Positions 1 to 8,870 of a DNA stretch of 38,663 nt are shown one piece after another (within the stretch, counting starts at the first letter, position 1; each line of letters starts with the position of its first letter). Source of the DNA: an uncultured Nitrospinota bacterium (GTDB taxonomy: Bacteria; Nitrospinota_A; UBA7883; JAJRTC01); NCBI GenBank assembly GCA_964395915.1, contig CAYNDB010000005.1, positions 5,616 to 44,278 of the forward strand. The letters are read 5' to 3'. The position numbers and the translations under genes were made by a program. Below the pieces are notes generated by a model, which worked only from the letters and a program-made list of their open reading frames with translations, was not told the origin of the DNA and ran no database searches.

Positions 1-17
1 GTTACCTGTCAATCAAC

Positions 18-590
18 TCAATCAACCGATTTACGGGTATGTTTCTTTATCTCGTCAATGAGTTTGTTCATATCCATGTCACTTGGCAAGTCATCTGTTA
101 TCATTATTTCTTCCTCATCCAGCTCGGAGCCATGTATCTGGGGTAATGTCGTTTCCAGTCTATTTATCAATGTTTGTTGTTTGTTGAACATCATTAATAA
201 TTTCTTGGTCTCATCTACCAATTCCCTCTGACGCAACGCTTGCAATATAGTTGTAGCCACTTCCACCTCGTCGCATGGTTTACTAAGGAACCGGTAGACT
301 TCACCTTTGTTAATCGCGCGAATGGCGGTGTCGATAGTGGCTCGCCCGGTTAGCATTATACGGATAACTTCCGGATATTTGCGCCGTATGGCTACTAAAA
401 AGTCAACTCCGGATACCCCCGGCATCTGGTCATCGGATACAACCACATCGACATGTTCCCGTTCAAGAATGCCATAAGCCTCTTCGGCCGAATTAGCGCA
501 CAGCATTTCATATGGCTCTTTATAAAGCGCTCTTTTCAGCCCTTCGACAACAAGTGGCTCATCATCAACAAAAAGAACCTTGTGTTTCAC
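18..590 (-). CDS. Response regulator receiver protein with short C-terminal helical tail
   Basis: REC motifs VLFVDDE, VVSDDQMPG, IMLTG, FLSKP; GTG start preceded by AGGAG; no HTH or enzymatic output recognisable. Confidence 0.88.
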   Translation of the reverse strand: MKHKVLFVDDEPLVVEGLKRALYKEPYEMLCANSAEEAYGILEREHVDVVVSDDQMPGVSGVDFLVAIRRKYPEVIRIMLTGRATIDTAIRAINKGEVYRFLSKPCDEVEVATTILQALRQRELVDETKKLLMMFNKQQTLINRLETTLPQIHGSELDEEEIMITDDLPSDMDMNKLIDEIKKHTRKSVD

Positions 591-611
591 TGTATAATTC
601 TCCTGTAATAT

Positions 612-1778
612 TTACGTCACGACGTTATCCACCATGTCATAGGTGGGAACAGAAACTCGAATCTTGTTCGCAACAAGGCCTTGGCGCTGGAAGTTCTTCA
701 AGCGCTCAAGTAAAAGGTGGGATATTTCCTGTCCTTTGGGTAATATCAAAAGACCTGTTTTAGTCCGAACATCCTCATCAATAACCATATCTATTGTGAT
801 GTCCCTTATTCTCAGCAGTTTTATTTGCATTTTTTTGTTGTCGGTTTTTAACTCACGCATCGTCAAAACAATAAGCGGATTATACTTATCGGGATATTTC
901 AGCAAGTTATTTATCGCCTCGTCACCCAACACGCCCCCAGAAATAAATCGATCAAAATCAAGAGAGACTTTTAATATTTGAGCTCCGATTTCAACAGGAT
1001 CGGTTTTGGCTAACGTTTGGACGCTGTTGAAACTGTTGAACGGCTCCATTTGTTTTTCGATCATGCCAGCCACTTTCTCCAGGCGTGGAATATTGCGCAA
1101 TAAATTGGCCCCAAAAAATGGATGGGAGGAAAAAGATTCCTCTTCTTCCTCTGTAAGCTCCTGCCCCACATATATTTTCTCAAGAGTTTCTGGCGAAAGT
1201 TTCACGCAGCCTATTTGTGAAAGCATGGCGGCAAGCTCATATTGCCAACGGTCTGAAAGCCGAAGTTGGCTCACTATATGCCTGGCATAGTTGCGTAAAC
1301 GTATGGCCCTGCTAAATGCAAGCGGATTTACAATTGATAAAATATCAATGAGAGCCTTGACACTTCGGCTCAATGTTTTTTCCAATAGCTCCCGCTCGGC
1401 GATGACAAGCTGGTATTGCCGGATCCCCGACTTAAGCGCCTTCTCGAACACTTCAGGTGGACATGGCTTGGTAAAAAAATGGAAAATATTACCTTCGTTA
1501 ACAGCTCCCATGGCAGTGTCTATATCGGTATTACCTGTAAGCATCATGCGCACGCTTTCGGGGGCTGTTTCTTTGACTTTGGAAAGGAACTGAATCCCGT
1601 CCATGCCGGGCATACGCATGTCGGAGACAATGACGGCAAAAGGCCCCTTGGACGACACCGCCTTGAGCCCTTCCATGGGGCCTAGCGCTGTTTCAATATG
1701 GAATTTTTTCCTTAGGTTCCGCTTGAATGTTTCGAGGATGTCTGGTTCGTCATCGACCAGGAGAATTTTCTCACCCAT
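612..1778 (-). CDS. Response regulator with degenerate HD-GYP-like (RpfG-family) output domain
   Basis: REC (ILLVDDE, IVSDMRMPG, MLTG, FFTKP) followed by an HD-fold region LAAMLSQIG...HPFFGANLLRNIPRL; start placed at ATG 1778, overlapping the upstream stop by 8 nt. Confidence 0.82.
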   Translation of the reverse strand: MGEKILLVDDEPDILETFKRNLRKKFHIETALGPMEGLKAVSSKGPFAVIVSDMRMPGMDGIQFLSKVKETAPESVRMMLTGNTDIDTAMGAVNEGNIFHFFTKPCPPEVFEKALKSGIRQYQLVIAERELLEKTLSRSVKALIDILSIVNPLAFSRAIRLRNYARHIVSQLRLSDRWQYELAAMLSQIGCVKLSPETLEKIYVGQELTEEEEESFSSHPFFGANLLRNIPRLEKVAGMIEKQMEPFNSFNSVQTLAKTDPVEIGAQILKVSLDFDRFISGGVLGDEAINNLLKYPDKYNPLIVLTMRELKTDNKKMQIKLLRIRDITIDMVIDEDVRTKTGLLILPKGQEISHLLLERLKNFQRQGLVANKIRVSVPTYDMVDNVVT

Positions 1779-3000
1779 CAGATTCGCCTCGCGCAAAAAC
1801 TTGTTCACAGGTTTCAATCCATTTAGGCAGATGATCGGCCATACCTATGGTTTTGAGATAGCCGTCACTAATTTCTGTCAGGCTTTTCATTGTTTCAAGG
1901 CGCCTGTTCTTAGCTTCCAAAGCGCTTGCCACATGCACGGCGGTAAGCGGAGTGAATTGGTTAAAATGACATTTTTCAGGCTTGTGATGAAAGAAAACAG
2001 CTTCCGCAATCACATTCGGTAAGCCCCATAGCGCAAGCAAGTATCCTCCCACCTCAGCGTGCGAAGCCCCGAAAACCTGTATTTCCGCTTCAAAAAAGGG
2101 GATATTCCCCTTATTTGTCAATTCAATTGCTTCTTTATATTTTCCAGGAAAATTAGCGGACAAAATGAGGATTCCTATATCGTGGAGCATCCCTGATATA
2201 AAAGCGTCGTCTACGACCTTTTTATCTTGTGTTTCAGCTATCGCTATCTCTTTTGCGCAAACGGCGCTGACGGCGCTGTGGTCCCAGAGCTCACTTATTT
2301 GAAGGCCAATCATGGGAATCTTCTCGAAATGGGAAAATACTCGCATCGACAATACTAACGCCCTGATTATATCCAGACCAATAAGCTTGGCCGCATGAGC
2401 CGGGTTTGAGACATGTTGAGGGATCCCAAAAAAAGCGGAGTTTACAAGCTGTAAAATTTTCGCTGTCATGGCCATATCTTTTGATATGATTTTGCCAACC
2501 CTGTCCATTGAGCTTTCAGGCGACTTTAACTCTTCGATTAATTCAAAATACAATTCCGGGAAACTTGGCAGAGACTCAAGCTGTGACACTACTTTTTTGA
2601 GCGCCCCCTCCGCGAGCAGATCGCGCAAAGCGCATGCGCGCCCAACAACGGATTTAAGCGTTTCCGCGTCGCATGGTTTCGCAAGATATTGATGCGCGGG
2701 GCCAACAGACTTCATTACCATTTCTCTTTCCGAGTGTCCCGAAAGCACAATACGGACAACGTTGGGATGTCTTTTTAAAACTTCTGATAAAAGTTGGGCT
2801 CCGTCCATACCTGGCATCCGCATATCGGAAACAACGACGTCAACAGGTGTTGTGGAAAGAATTTCCAAGGCCTTCTTTCCGCTCAGGGCAAAATTTATCT
2901 CCCATTCCCGGCGCATGCCCCGCAACATTCGTCTGAGCCCGTCCAGTACGTCCTGCTCATCGTCCACAAACAAAATGCGCCTTTTTATTGATTCACTCAT
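1771..3000 (-). CDS. Response regulator with HDOD domain
   Basis: REC (ILFVDDE, VVSDMRMPG) plus HDOD motifs LPSFP, D.AMTAKILQLVNSAFFG, GMLHDIG, HAEVGGYLLALWGLP; ATG at 3000 overlaps the kinase stop. Confidence 0.88.
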   Translation of the reverse strand: MSESIKRRILFVDDEQDVLDGLRRMLRGMRREWEINFALSGKKALEILSTTPVDVVVSDMRMPGMDGAQLLSEVLKRHPNVVRIVLSGHSEREMVMKSVGPAHQYLAKPCDAETLKSVVGRACALRDLLAEGALKKVVSQLESLPSFPELYFELIEELKSPESSMDRVGKIISKDMAMTAKILQLVNSAFFGIPQHVSNPAHAAKLIGLDIIRALVLSMRVFSHFEKIPMIGLQISELWDHSAVSAVCAKEIAIAETQDKKVVDDAFISGMLHDIGILILSANFPGKYKEAIELTNKGNIPFFEAEIQVFGASHAEVGGYLLALWGLPNVIAEAVFFHHKPEKCHFNQFTPLTAVHVASALEAKNRRLETMKSLTEISDGYLKTIGMADHLPKWIETCEQVFARGESDG

Positions 3001-6000
3001 TGTCTCTCTTTTCATTTAGAGGCAGACGAATGATAAATGTTGTTCCCATGCCTTCTTCCGTTTCAACTGTTATCGTCCCGCCATGCTTGTCAACTATTAC
3101 TGAATGAGACAAATTAAGCCCCTGCCCGGTTCCTTTTCCTACTTCCTTGGTTGTGAAAAACGGATCGAAAATTTTATCCCTGACAGCGGCGGGAATTCCT
3201 GTGCCTGTGTCTGAGATGGAAATCAAGGCGAAGTCGCCGTCATTGTGTGTTTTCACAGTTATCTTTCCCTTGCTCTCCGCAGAGTTTTGGACAACGTCGG
3301 ATATCGCGTGAGACGCATTGGTAATCAGGTTGAGTATTACCTGGTTAAATTCACCAGGGATACATGGAACCAGGGGTAATGAAGGGTCGAAATCTGTTTT
3401 TAATTCCGCCACATATTTCCACTCGTTCCTGGCCACGGTAATTGTGCTTTCAATCGCTTTATTGATATCTATCAGGGTTTTCTCCTTGGCTCCCGGATGC
3501 GAGAAATCCTTCATCGCCAGCACAATTGTGGTTACGCGCTCTATGCCCCTCAAGGAAGCCTGGATAGCCTTCGGAACCTCCTCGCGCAGATACTCCATGT
3601 CCACCTCTTCCACAGCTTTCTTCACTTCCAGGACGAGTTTACCAAGCGGTGATTTATCCCCGTTGCACGCGTTCAACAGCTCCATATTTTTATCTATAAC
3701 AACGCTTATATCTCCGAACGCGTCCTGAATAAAACGGATATTGTCGCCGACAAACTGTGTAGGAGTATTAATTTCGTGGGCGATACCCGCCGCCAACTGT
3801 CCTATCGACTCCAGTTTCTGAGCCTGGCCTAGCTGGGATTCCAGAATCTTATGCTCGGTTATGTCACTTCCCAGTATCAGAATTCCATCTTTGTCGGTAA
3901 AGTCGCTGATAATAGTGGTCACATTCAAGTTCAGATAGCCTTCTTTCCCGTCTATCTGTGTATATGCAATCTCTTTCGTCGCCGTAGACCGATCACTCTT
4001 CCTGCACGCTATCATCATTTCGCAAACGTCATCCCATTCCCATTTGACACCACAATCTTTGAAATTCCCGCCAAGAACGTCTATCGATCTGGTTCCAAAC
4101 GTTTTTACAGCCTCTTTGTTCCACATCGTAATATGGTCATCAGGGTCCAAGCCTATCAGTATCATGGGGATAGCCGCCAGCAACTGCTCCGTTTCCTCGT
4201 GCGCCTGCCGCAATTCCACCTCCGCTTTTCGACGCTCCGTTATATCCTTGCCGATGTTGACCACACCGCTTACACCACCTTCGGCATCACGCAGGAGCGT
4301 GGAGTTCCACCAGATCATGTATCCTTCTCCGTCACGGGAAATGATCTCGTTTTCATAATGAGTGGGGATCTCGGACAAGGTGATTGTTTCCATGAAAGCT
4401 TGTCTAAATGTATCTCTCGTCTCAAGCGGGATAAATGTTTCAAACCAATCCTTGCCAATGGTTTCTTCCCTGGTCCAGCCGGTCAGTTCGAGCAGAAAAT
4501 CATTGGCGAAAGTTATATGCCCGTCAGGATCGAGAATCACGGCTACAAGCTGCATGTTTTCCAGCATATTCCGATATCTGTTTTCCGATTCCCGCAGTTC
4601 GTTTTCAGCCTTTTTACGCGTGGTAATATCACGAATAGTCCCGATCGCATGCCAATACTCACCATGTTTTATTGAAGAAAGCGCAAGCTCGATTGGAAAT
4701 ATTTCCCCGTTCTTCCTCAAACCCTCCAATTCAACGGTCTTGCCTATAACTCCCCCTTGTCCCGTTGTCTTGAACCTGGCAAATCCATTATTATGCTCGC
4801 CCCTGTAATGCTCCGGAATGATATACTCGGATAATTTTTTACCGCTAAGCTCCTTGCAGGAATAGCCAAACATCCTTTCCGCCGCAGGATTGCAAAACAA
4901 TACTTTTCCCTCTTCGTCGGCCATGATGATCGCTTCGTTTACCGATGTGGTGATTTGCTGAAGTTTTTTCTTGCTCTGATGAACCTCTTCTTCCGCTTTT
5001 TTTCTTTCTGTGATCTCTTTTCTTAGAGTTTTGTTCGCTTCAGAAAGTGTGGCTGTGCGCTCCGCAACTTTTATTTCCAGATCGGCGTGCGCTTTTTGAA
5101 GCTCTGCCTCATTCCTTTTGCGTTCTGTTATGTCGCGTACAATAGCCACAAAACGGCTTGTCTCGTTTGGGGAAGTGATATATTGCAGGAATATCTCGAC
5201 CGGTATCAACTTTCCGTTTTTATGTTTGTGAATGGTTTCGAACCTGATAGAAGGTTTGGATCCGCCCAGCAATGGCGCTATCGCTTCCTTGAATTGCGTC
5301 TCGGTATATTCAGGCTTAATGTCCATGGGAGTCATTTCACAAAGCTCCTCCATGGTGTAGCCTATTTGATTTATCGCGCCCTGGTTAACATAAAAGAATT
5401 TCAAGGAAACAGAATCGAACATAAAAACACAGTCAAGGGTCTGGTCGAGTGTGGATTTGAACTGACCCAGCTTGTTCTCGCTTTCAAGCAGTTGTTCCGT
5501 TTCCTCCCGAATACGTTCGGTCATGGGCCGAAAGATGAAGAGCCCTTCAATGAAAAGAACAAGCATGATAAAGCCCAACACGCCGGAGCTAATTTTCAGA
5601 ATGGTCTCGCTTTCCTCCTCGCTATCTTTCTGATAAGCATTCACTACAATGTCCAAAGAATCGAGTAGCTCACCATTAGTGACAGCCATGATGCGCTGAA
5701 AATGAGGGTTGTCATGCGTGAGAGCCGTGTCTTGCTCATCCACAAGTTTCTTGATTTCCGCTACGAATTCCTTTATCTGCGAAACCAGAAGTGTCGGTGG
5801 TTCAAAGTAAAGAGCCCTAACAGCCGGAGGAACCTTCCCTTGATAACTAAAGTATAGATTGCCACCGGTCAGCCGGTTATGATTTTTTGAAATGGTATCT
5901 GCGATTGCGGACAGTTTTTCCCGTATTTTATTTCGCTCGTTTATATCCTTGCTGTTAACAAGGATCAGGGAAAACGTCGCGGCGCGTTGAGCCAACATAC

Positions 6001-6190
6001 GCTGGCGGCCGCTTATGTTAAGCACAGCCGCATCTCCCTTCGCGTGAGCGATGATCTTGTACAAAACAAGATAACCTGCGAAAAAGAATATGGCTATCAG
6101 ACCCAAAGCCAACAGGTATTTGAACGTAATGTTGAACGTCTTGTATCTGTTTTTCTGGTCGCCGTTAATTTTATGATAGAAGCGTTTCAT
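2993..6190 (-). CDS. Membrane sensor histidine kinase with PilJ/NarX-like periplasmic domain and four PAS domains
   Basis: Two TM helices flanking LNISGRQRMLAQR (P-box-like); repeated PAS/PAC ends (RDITERK, RDITTRK, KDITERR, SDITEHK); H-box AGIAHEINTP, N-box NLITNA, G1 DTGTG, F DPFFTTK, G2 GTGQGL. Confidence 0.92.
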   Translation of the reverse strand: MKRFYHKINGDQKNRYKTFNITFKYLLALGLIAIFFFAGYLVLYKIIAHAKGDAAVLNISGRQRMLAQRAATFSLILVNSKDINERNKIREKLSAIADTISKNHNRLTGGNLYFSYQGKVPPAVRALYFEPPTLLVSQIKEFVAEIKKLVDEQDTALTHDNPHFQRIMAVTNGELLDSLDIVVNAYQKDSEEESETILKISSGVLGFIMLVLFIEGLFIFRPMTERIREETEQLLESENKLGQFKSTLDQTLDCVFMFDSVSLKFFYVNQGAINQIGYTMEELCEMTPMDIKPEYTETQFKEAIAPLLGGSKPSIRFETIHKHKNGKLIPVEIFLQYITSPNETSRFVAIVRDITERKRNEAELQKAHADLEIKVAERTATLSEANKTLRKEITERKKAEEEVHQSKKKLQQITTSVNEAIIMADEEGKVLFCNPAAERMFGYSCKELSGKKLSEYIIPEHYRGEHNNGFARFKTTGQGGVIGKTVELEGLRKNGEIFPIELALSSIKHGEYWHAIGTIRDITTRKKAENELRESENRYRNMLENMQLVAVILDPDGHITFANDFLLELTGWTREETIGKDWFETFIPLETRDTFRQAFMETITLSEIPTHYENEIISRDGEGYMIWWNSTLLRDAEGGVSGVVNIGKDITERRKAEVELRQAHEETEQLLAAIPMILIGLDPDDHITMWNKEAVKTFGTRSIDVLGGNFKDCGVKWEWDDVCEMMIACRKSDRSTATKEIAYTQIDGKEGYLNLNVTTIISDFTDKDGILILGSDITEHKILESQLGQAQKLESIGQLAAGIAHEINTPTQFVGDNIRFIQDAFGDISVVIDKNMELLNACNGDKSPLGKLVLEVKKAVEEVDMEYLREEVPKAIQASLRGIERVTTIVLAMKDFSHPGAKEKTLIDINKAIESTITVARNEWKYVAELKTDFDPSLPLVPCIPGEFNQVILNLITNASHAISDVVQNSAESKGKITVKTHNDGDFALISISDTGTGIPAAVRDKIFDPFFTTKEVGKGTGQGLNLSHSVIVDKHGGTITVETEEGMGTTFIIRLPLNEKRDNE

Positions 6191-6277
6191 GGATTACAAC
6201 AAAACCAGAGATTGGCACATACAACACAAACGACTTATAGCGCGACGATACGGGGAAAGTTTTTAAGTTTTTAAAAA

Positions 6278-6298
6278 TAGCATAGTATTATTATGCTA
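6278..6298. promoter_or_regulatory. Near-perfect palindrome upstream of the kinase operon, candidate operator
   Basis: TAGCATAGTA-T-TATTATGCTA (one mismatch), about 90 nt upstream of the ATG at 6190 in an AT-rich spacer. Confidence 0.35.
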
Positions 6299-6445
6299 CA
6301 AGTATAATAAAATTGTAATTATATATCGCTGGCAAAGTAGATTTTTGAGTGGAAAAACTGGAATAATCGCTGATGTGATATTTTGTTTTTACAAACCTAT
6401 CCTTTAAAGGCGCCTGTGCGTTATGGGTGGGGGCAAATAAGGTCA

Positions 6446-6469
6446 TCCCCTCCCTGACAAGGGAGGGGA
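6446..6469. terminator. GC-rich hairpin downstream of the response regulator (terminator or short palindromic repeat)
   Basis: TCCCCTCCCT-GACA-AGGGAGGGGA, perfect 10-bp stem; U-tract weak on the minus strand. Confidence 0.45.
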
Positions 6470-6525
6470 AAGGTTAGTTAGCGTTTCAACTGAAAAACGT
6501 TATCAGTTATTCTGAAACGGGCTTT

Positions 6526-7005
6526 TCACATGACATAATCACTTTTTGCCGGAAGTTTCGCCATTCGCAGCCAGTAAAAACATGTGCTCTGAATCATCCA
6601 GATAAAATCTTCAAATTTATCAGGTTTGTTTATATAGATGTTGGCTCCCATGCTATAGCATTCAGCGATATCTCTTTCACTTTGGGAAGTGGAGAGCATC
6701 AAAACCGGGATACCAATCAAATCATCATCATTCCTGATCTCTTTGAGCACACTCTTTCCATCCATAATCGGCATATTGATGTCCAATATGATAATGTCCG
6801 GCTTCGGGCTGTTTTTCTTATCACTGTATATGCCTTGCCGTTGCAGGTAGTTCATGGCGTCCAGCCCGGTTTCAACAGTTTTTATACATGTGTATTCATT
6901 TAATTCCTCAAAATCATCAAACGCCATTTGTATAAGCTTTTGATCCGCTAGTTCGTCTTCCGCCAAAAGAATCGTAAAAGTTTCGCTTTTTGCTGGAGGT
7001 ACCAT
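6526..7005 (-). CDS. Single-domain response regulator (Rcp1-like)
   Basis: ILLAEDE, PDIIILDINMP, PVLMLSTS, GANIYINKP, FYWL tail typical of Rcp1-like partners of Cph1-type kinases. Confidence 0.88.
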   Translation of the reverse strand: MVPPAKSETFTILLAEDELADQKLIQMAFDDFEELNEYTCIKTVETGLDAMNYLQRQGIYSDKKNSPKPDIIILDINMPIMDGKSVLKEIRNDDDLIGIPVLMLSTSQSERDIAECYSMGANIYINKPDKFEDFIWMIQSTCFYWLRMAKLPAKSDYVM

Positions 7006-8443
7006 CTTCCAGGTCCTTTCTACATATGGTTGTGCTTTGATTTAAAACAAGTGTAAATTTGCTTCCCATTCCTTTTTCTGATTCGACTATTATGTTGCCG
7101 CCATGAAGGTCGATGATCTTGCGGCAGATGGAAAGCCCTATGCCGGATCCATCATATTTCCCGCGGCTGTGAAGACGCTTGAACGGCTCGAAAATATAAT
7201 AATAATATTCTTTGTCAATACCGATACCGTTATCGGCCACGGTCACCTCACATTTCCCGTTTATGATCCTGCCGGACACCGTTACTTCAGGCGTCCTGTC
7301 AGACCGGAACTTAATGGCGTTTTGGATGAGATTCTGCAGTACCATGGAAAGCATGGTAGCGTCGCCGGTAACTGTGGGAAGTGTTTTCCACTTAAGCTTT
7401 CCATCGACCTCCCTTACAAGCGCTTCCAAATCACTGGCCACCTTAAACACGCATTCCGTAAGATCAACGGCCTGCATATCCATCTCCAACCTTCCTACAT
7501 TGGAAAGCTGAAGTAGGTCGTTGACCATCTGCCGCATCCGTTTTGCCGCGTCATTAATAAACTGCATCGACTGAAGAGCTTTTTGATCGAGATTTTGCCT
7601 GTAGCTTCTTCTTAATATTTCCGTATAGTTGGATAATGTGCGCAAAGGTTCTTTTAAGTCATGCGTGACAATGTAATTGAATTCTTCAAGTTCCTTATTG
7701 GCGCTTTCCAGCTCAGCGGTCCGTATTTTGAGAAGATACTCGGCTTTTTTACGTTCGCTGATATCGCGAATCACGCTTACAACATTGATCCGCTGGTTCA
7801 AATTGTCTTTTACTTTAGACACGGTGTGCTCCGTCCAGAAAACCCCGCCATTTTTTTTCTTTAGCGGAAATTCGGCTTTATACACTCCTTTTTTGTTCAG
7901 GGAGGAATCCATCTCCATTCCGAACTTCACGAACATATCGTGACTGACGTGTAGAAATTCGGTACTTTTCCCGATAAGCTCTTCTGAGCTGTAACCAAAG
8001 ATATTTTCCATCGCCCGGTTGCAGGAAATTATTTTTCTCGAGGAAAGGTTTACGACAAGCACAGCGTCGTCCAGACTGGTAAACGTCGTATCCAGAAACT
8101 CCTTTGTCTTTCTCAGTTCCCCCTCACTTAGTTTATGCTTTGCCAACGATATCGCGGTAATCCAGATCGCGAAAAGAGCAAGAGAGCGATTTACATAAAC
8201 CATCCACATCTCGTTACCGGGAGGCGAATGGAAAAAACCAAGGAGTGTTAGGCTGGAGCAAATTGTGGCAACGATTATAATGCTCTGACGCTTTTTTAAC
8301 CAATACGACAAGAAGACCGGGGCTATGTATGGGACGCCACCGGCTACTCCCAAGGGTAATAGCAAATCGCCCGCAAAAATAGAAGTGACCAATACACTGA
8401 TAAAAACGACAAGATATTTTTTGTCGTCGTACACAAACTTCAT
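6917..8443 (-). CDS. Membrane-anchored PAS sensor histidine kinase (Cph1/BphP-type kinase core)
   Basis: N-terminal hydrophobic helices, one PAS/PAC, H-box YIVTHDLKEPLR, QNLIQNAIKF, DNGIGI, FEPFKRLH, GSGIGL. Confidence 0.9.
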   Translation of the reverse strand: MKFVYDDKKYLVVFISVLVTSIFAGDLLLPLGVAGGVPYIAPVFLSYWLKKRQSIIIVATICSSLTLLGFFHSPPGNEMWMVYVNRSLALFAIWITAISLAKHKLSEGELRKTKEFLDTTFTSLDDAVLVVNLSSRKIISCNRAMENIFGYSSEELIGKSTEFLHVSHDMFVKFGMEMDSSLNKKGVYKAEFPLKKKNGGVFWTEHTVSKVKDNLNQRINVVSVIRDISERKKAEYLLKIRTAELESANKELEEFNYIVTHDLKEPLRTLSNYTEILRRSYRQNLDQKALQSMQFINDAAKRMRQMVNDLLQLSNVGRLEMDMQAVDLTECVFKVASDLEALVREVDGKLKWKTLPTVTGDATMLSMVLQNLIQNAIKFRSDRTPEVTVSGRIINGKCEVTVADNGIGIDKEYYYYIFEPFKRLHSRGKYDGSGIGLSICRKIIDLHGGNIIVESEKGMGSKFTLVLNQSTTICRKDLEDGTSSKKRNFYDSFGGRRTSGSKAYTNGV

Positions 8444-8780
8444 AAAACCAACTTATTGATTTTAGCGAGACAATCCAGCTTGCATGCGGGCCACACCACA
8501 CGACGATCGATAAGAATATTATCTAAATCGATACTGCAAAATTATAGTAAACTCAACTTTATTTAGCAAATATTTTAACCAAACATAGTTAAAATACGCT
8601 ATGAGCTTATTTTAACTTAATGAATTCATAGCTATATTTTCAATGTGTTATATCGAAATTAGTATCAGAATTGGAGAAAAAATAAATTTTGGGAATTACT
8701 CCAAATTACGGTAGTGAATATTATAATTTTGCCGGACGCTACAAATCTTAATAAATAATTAATAATAATTAGTAAAAGCC

Positions 8781-8828
8781 CGTCACTCAACATCGGGTTC
8801 GGAATAATACGGAGCTACCGGAGTGACA
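8781..8828. repeat. Imperfect hairpin with GTCA...TGAC termini downstream of the TAXI gene
   Basis: cGTCACTC...GAGTGACa outer arms with partially paired interior; same terminal tetranucleotides as the elements at 35464 and 36377. Confidence 0.4.
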
Positions 8829-8870
8829 TACTGTAATTATTATTGCCGCGACAATTGGAAGGATGGTTCT

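Noticed and set aside
3851-4675. 274-aa plus-strand ORF and many other antisense ORFs (e.g. 5087-5668, 13368-13919, 34763-35488)
   Set aside because: They lie wholly opposite well-supported genes and have no recognisable motifs; these are shadow ORFs
6212-6230. TTGGCAC motif near the kinase start as a sigma54 promoter
   Set aside because: It is on the wrong strand for the kinase and has no GC at the -12 position
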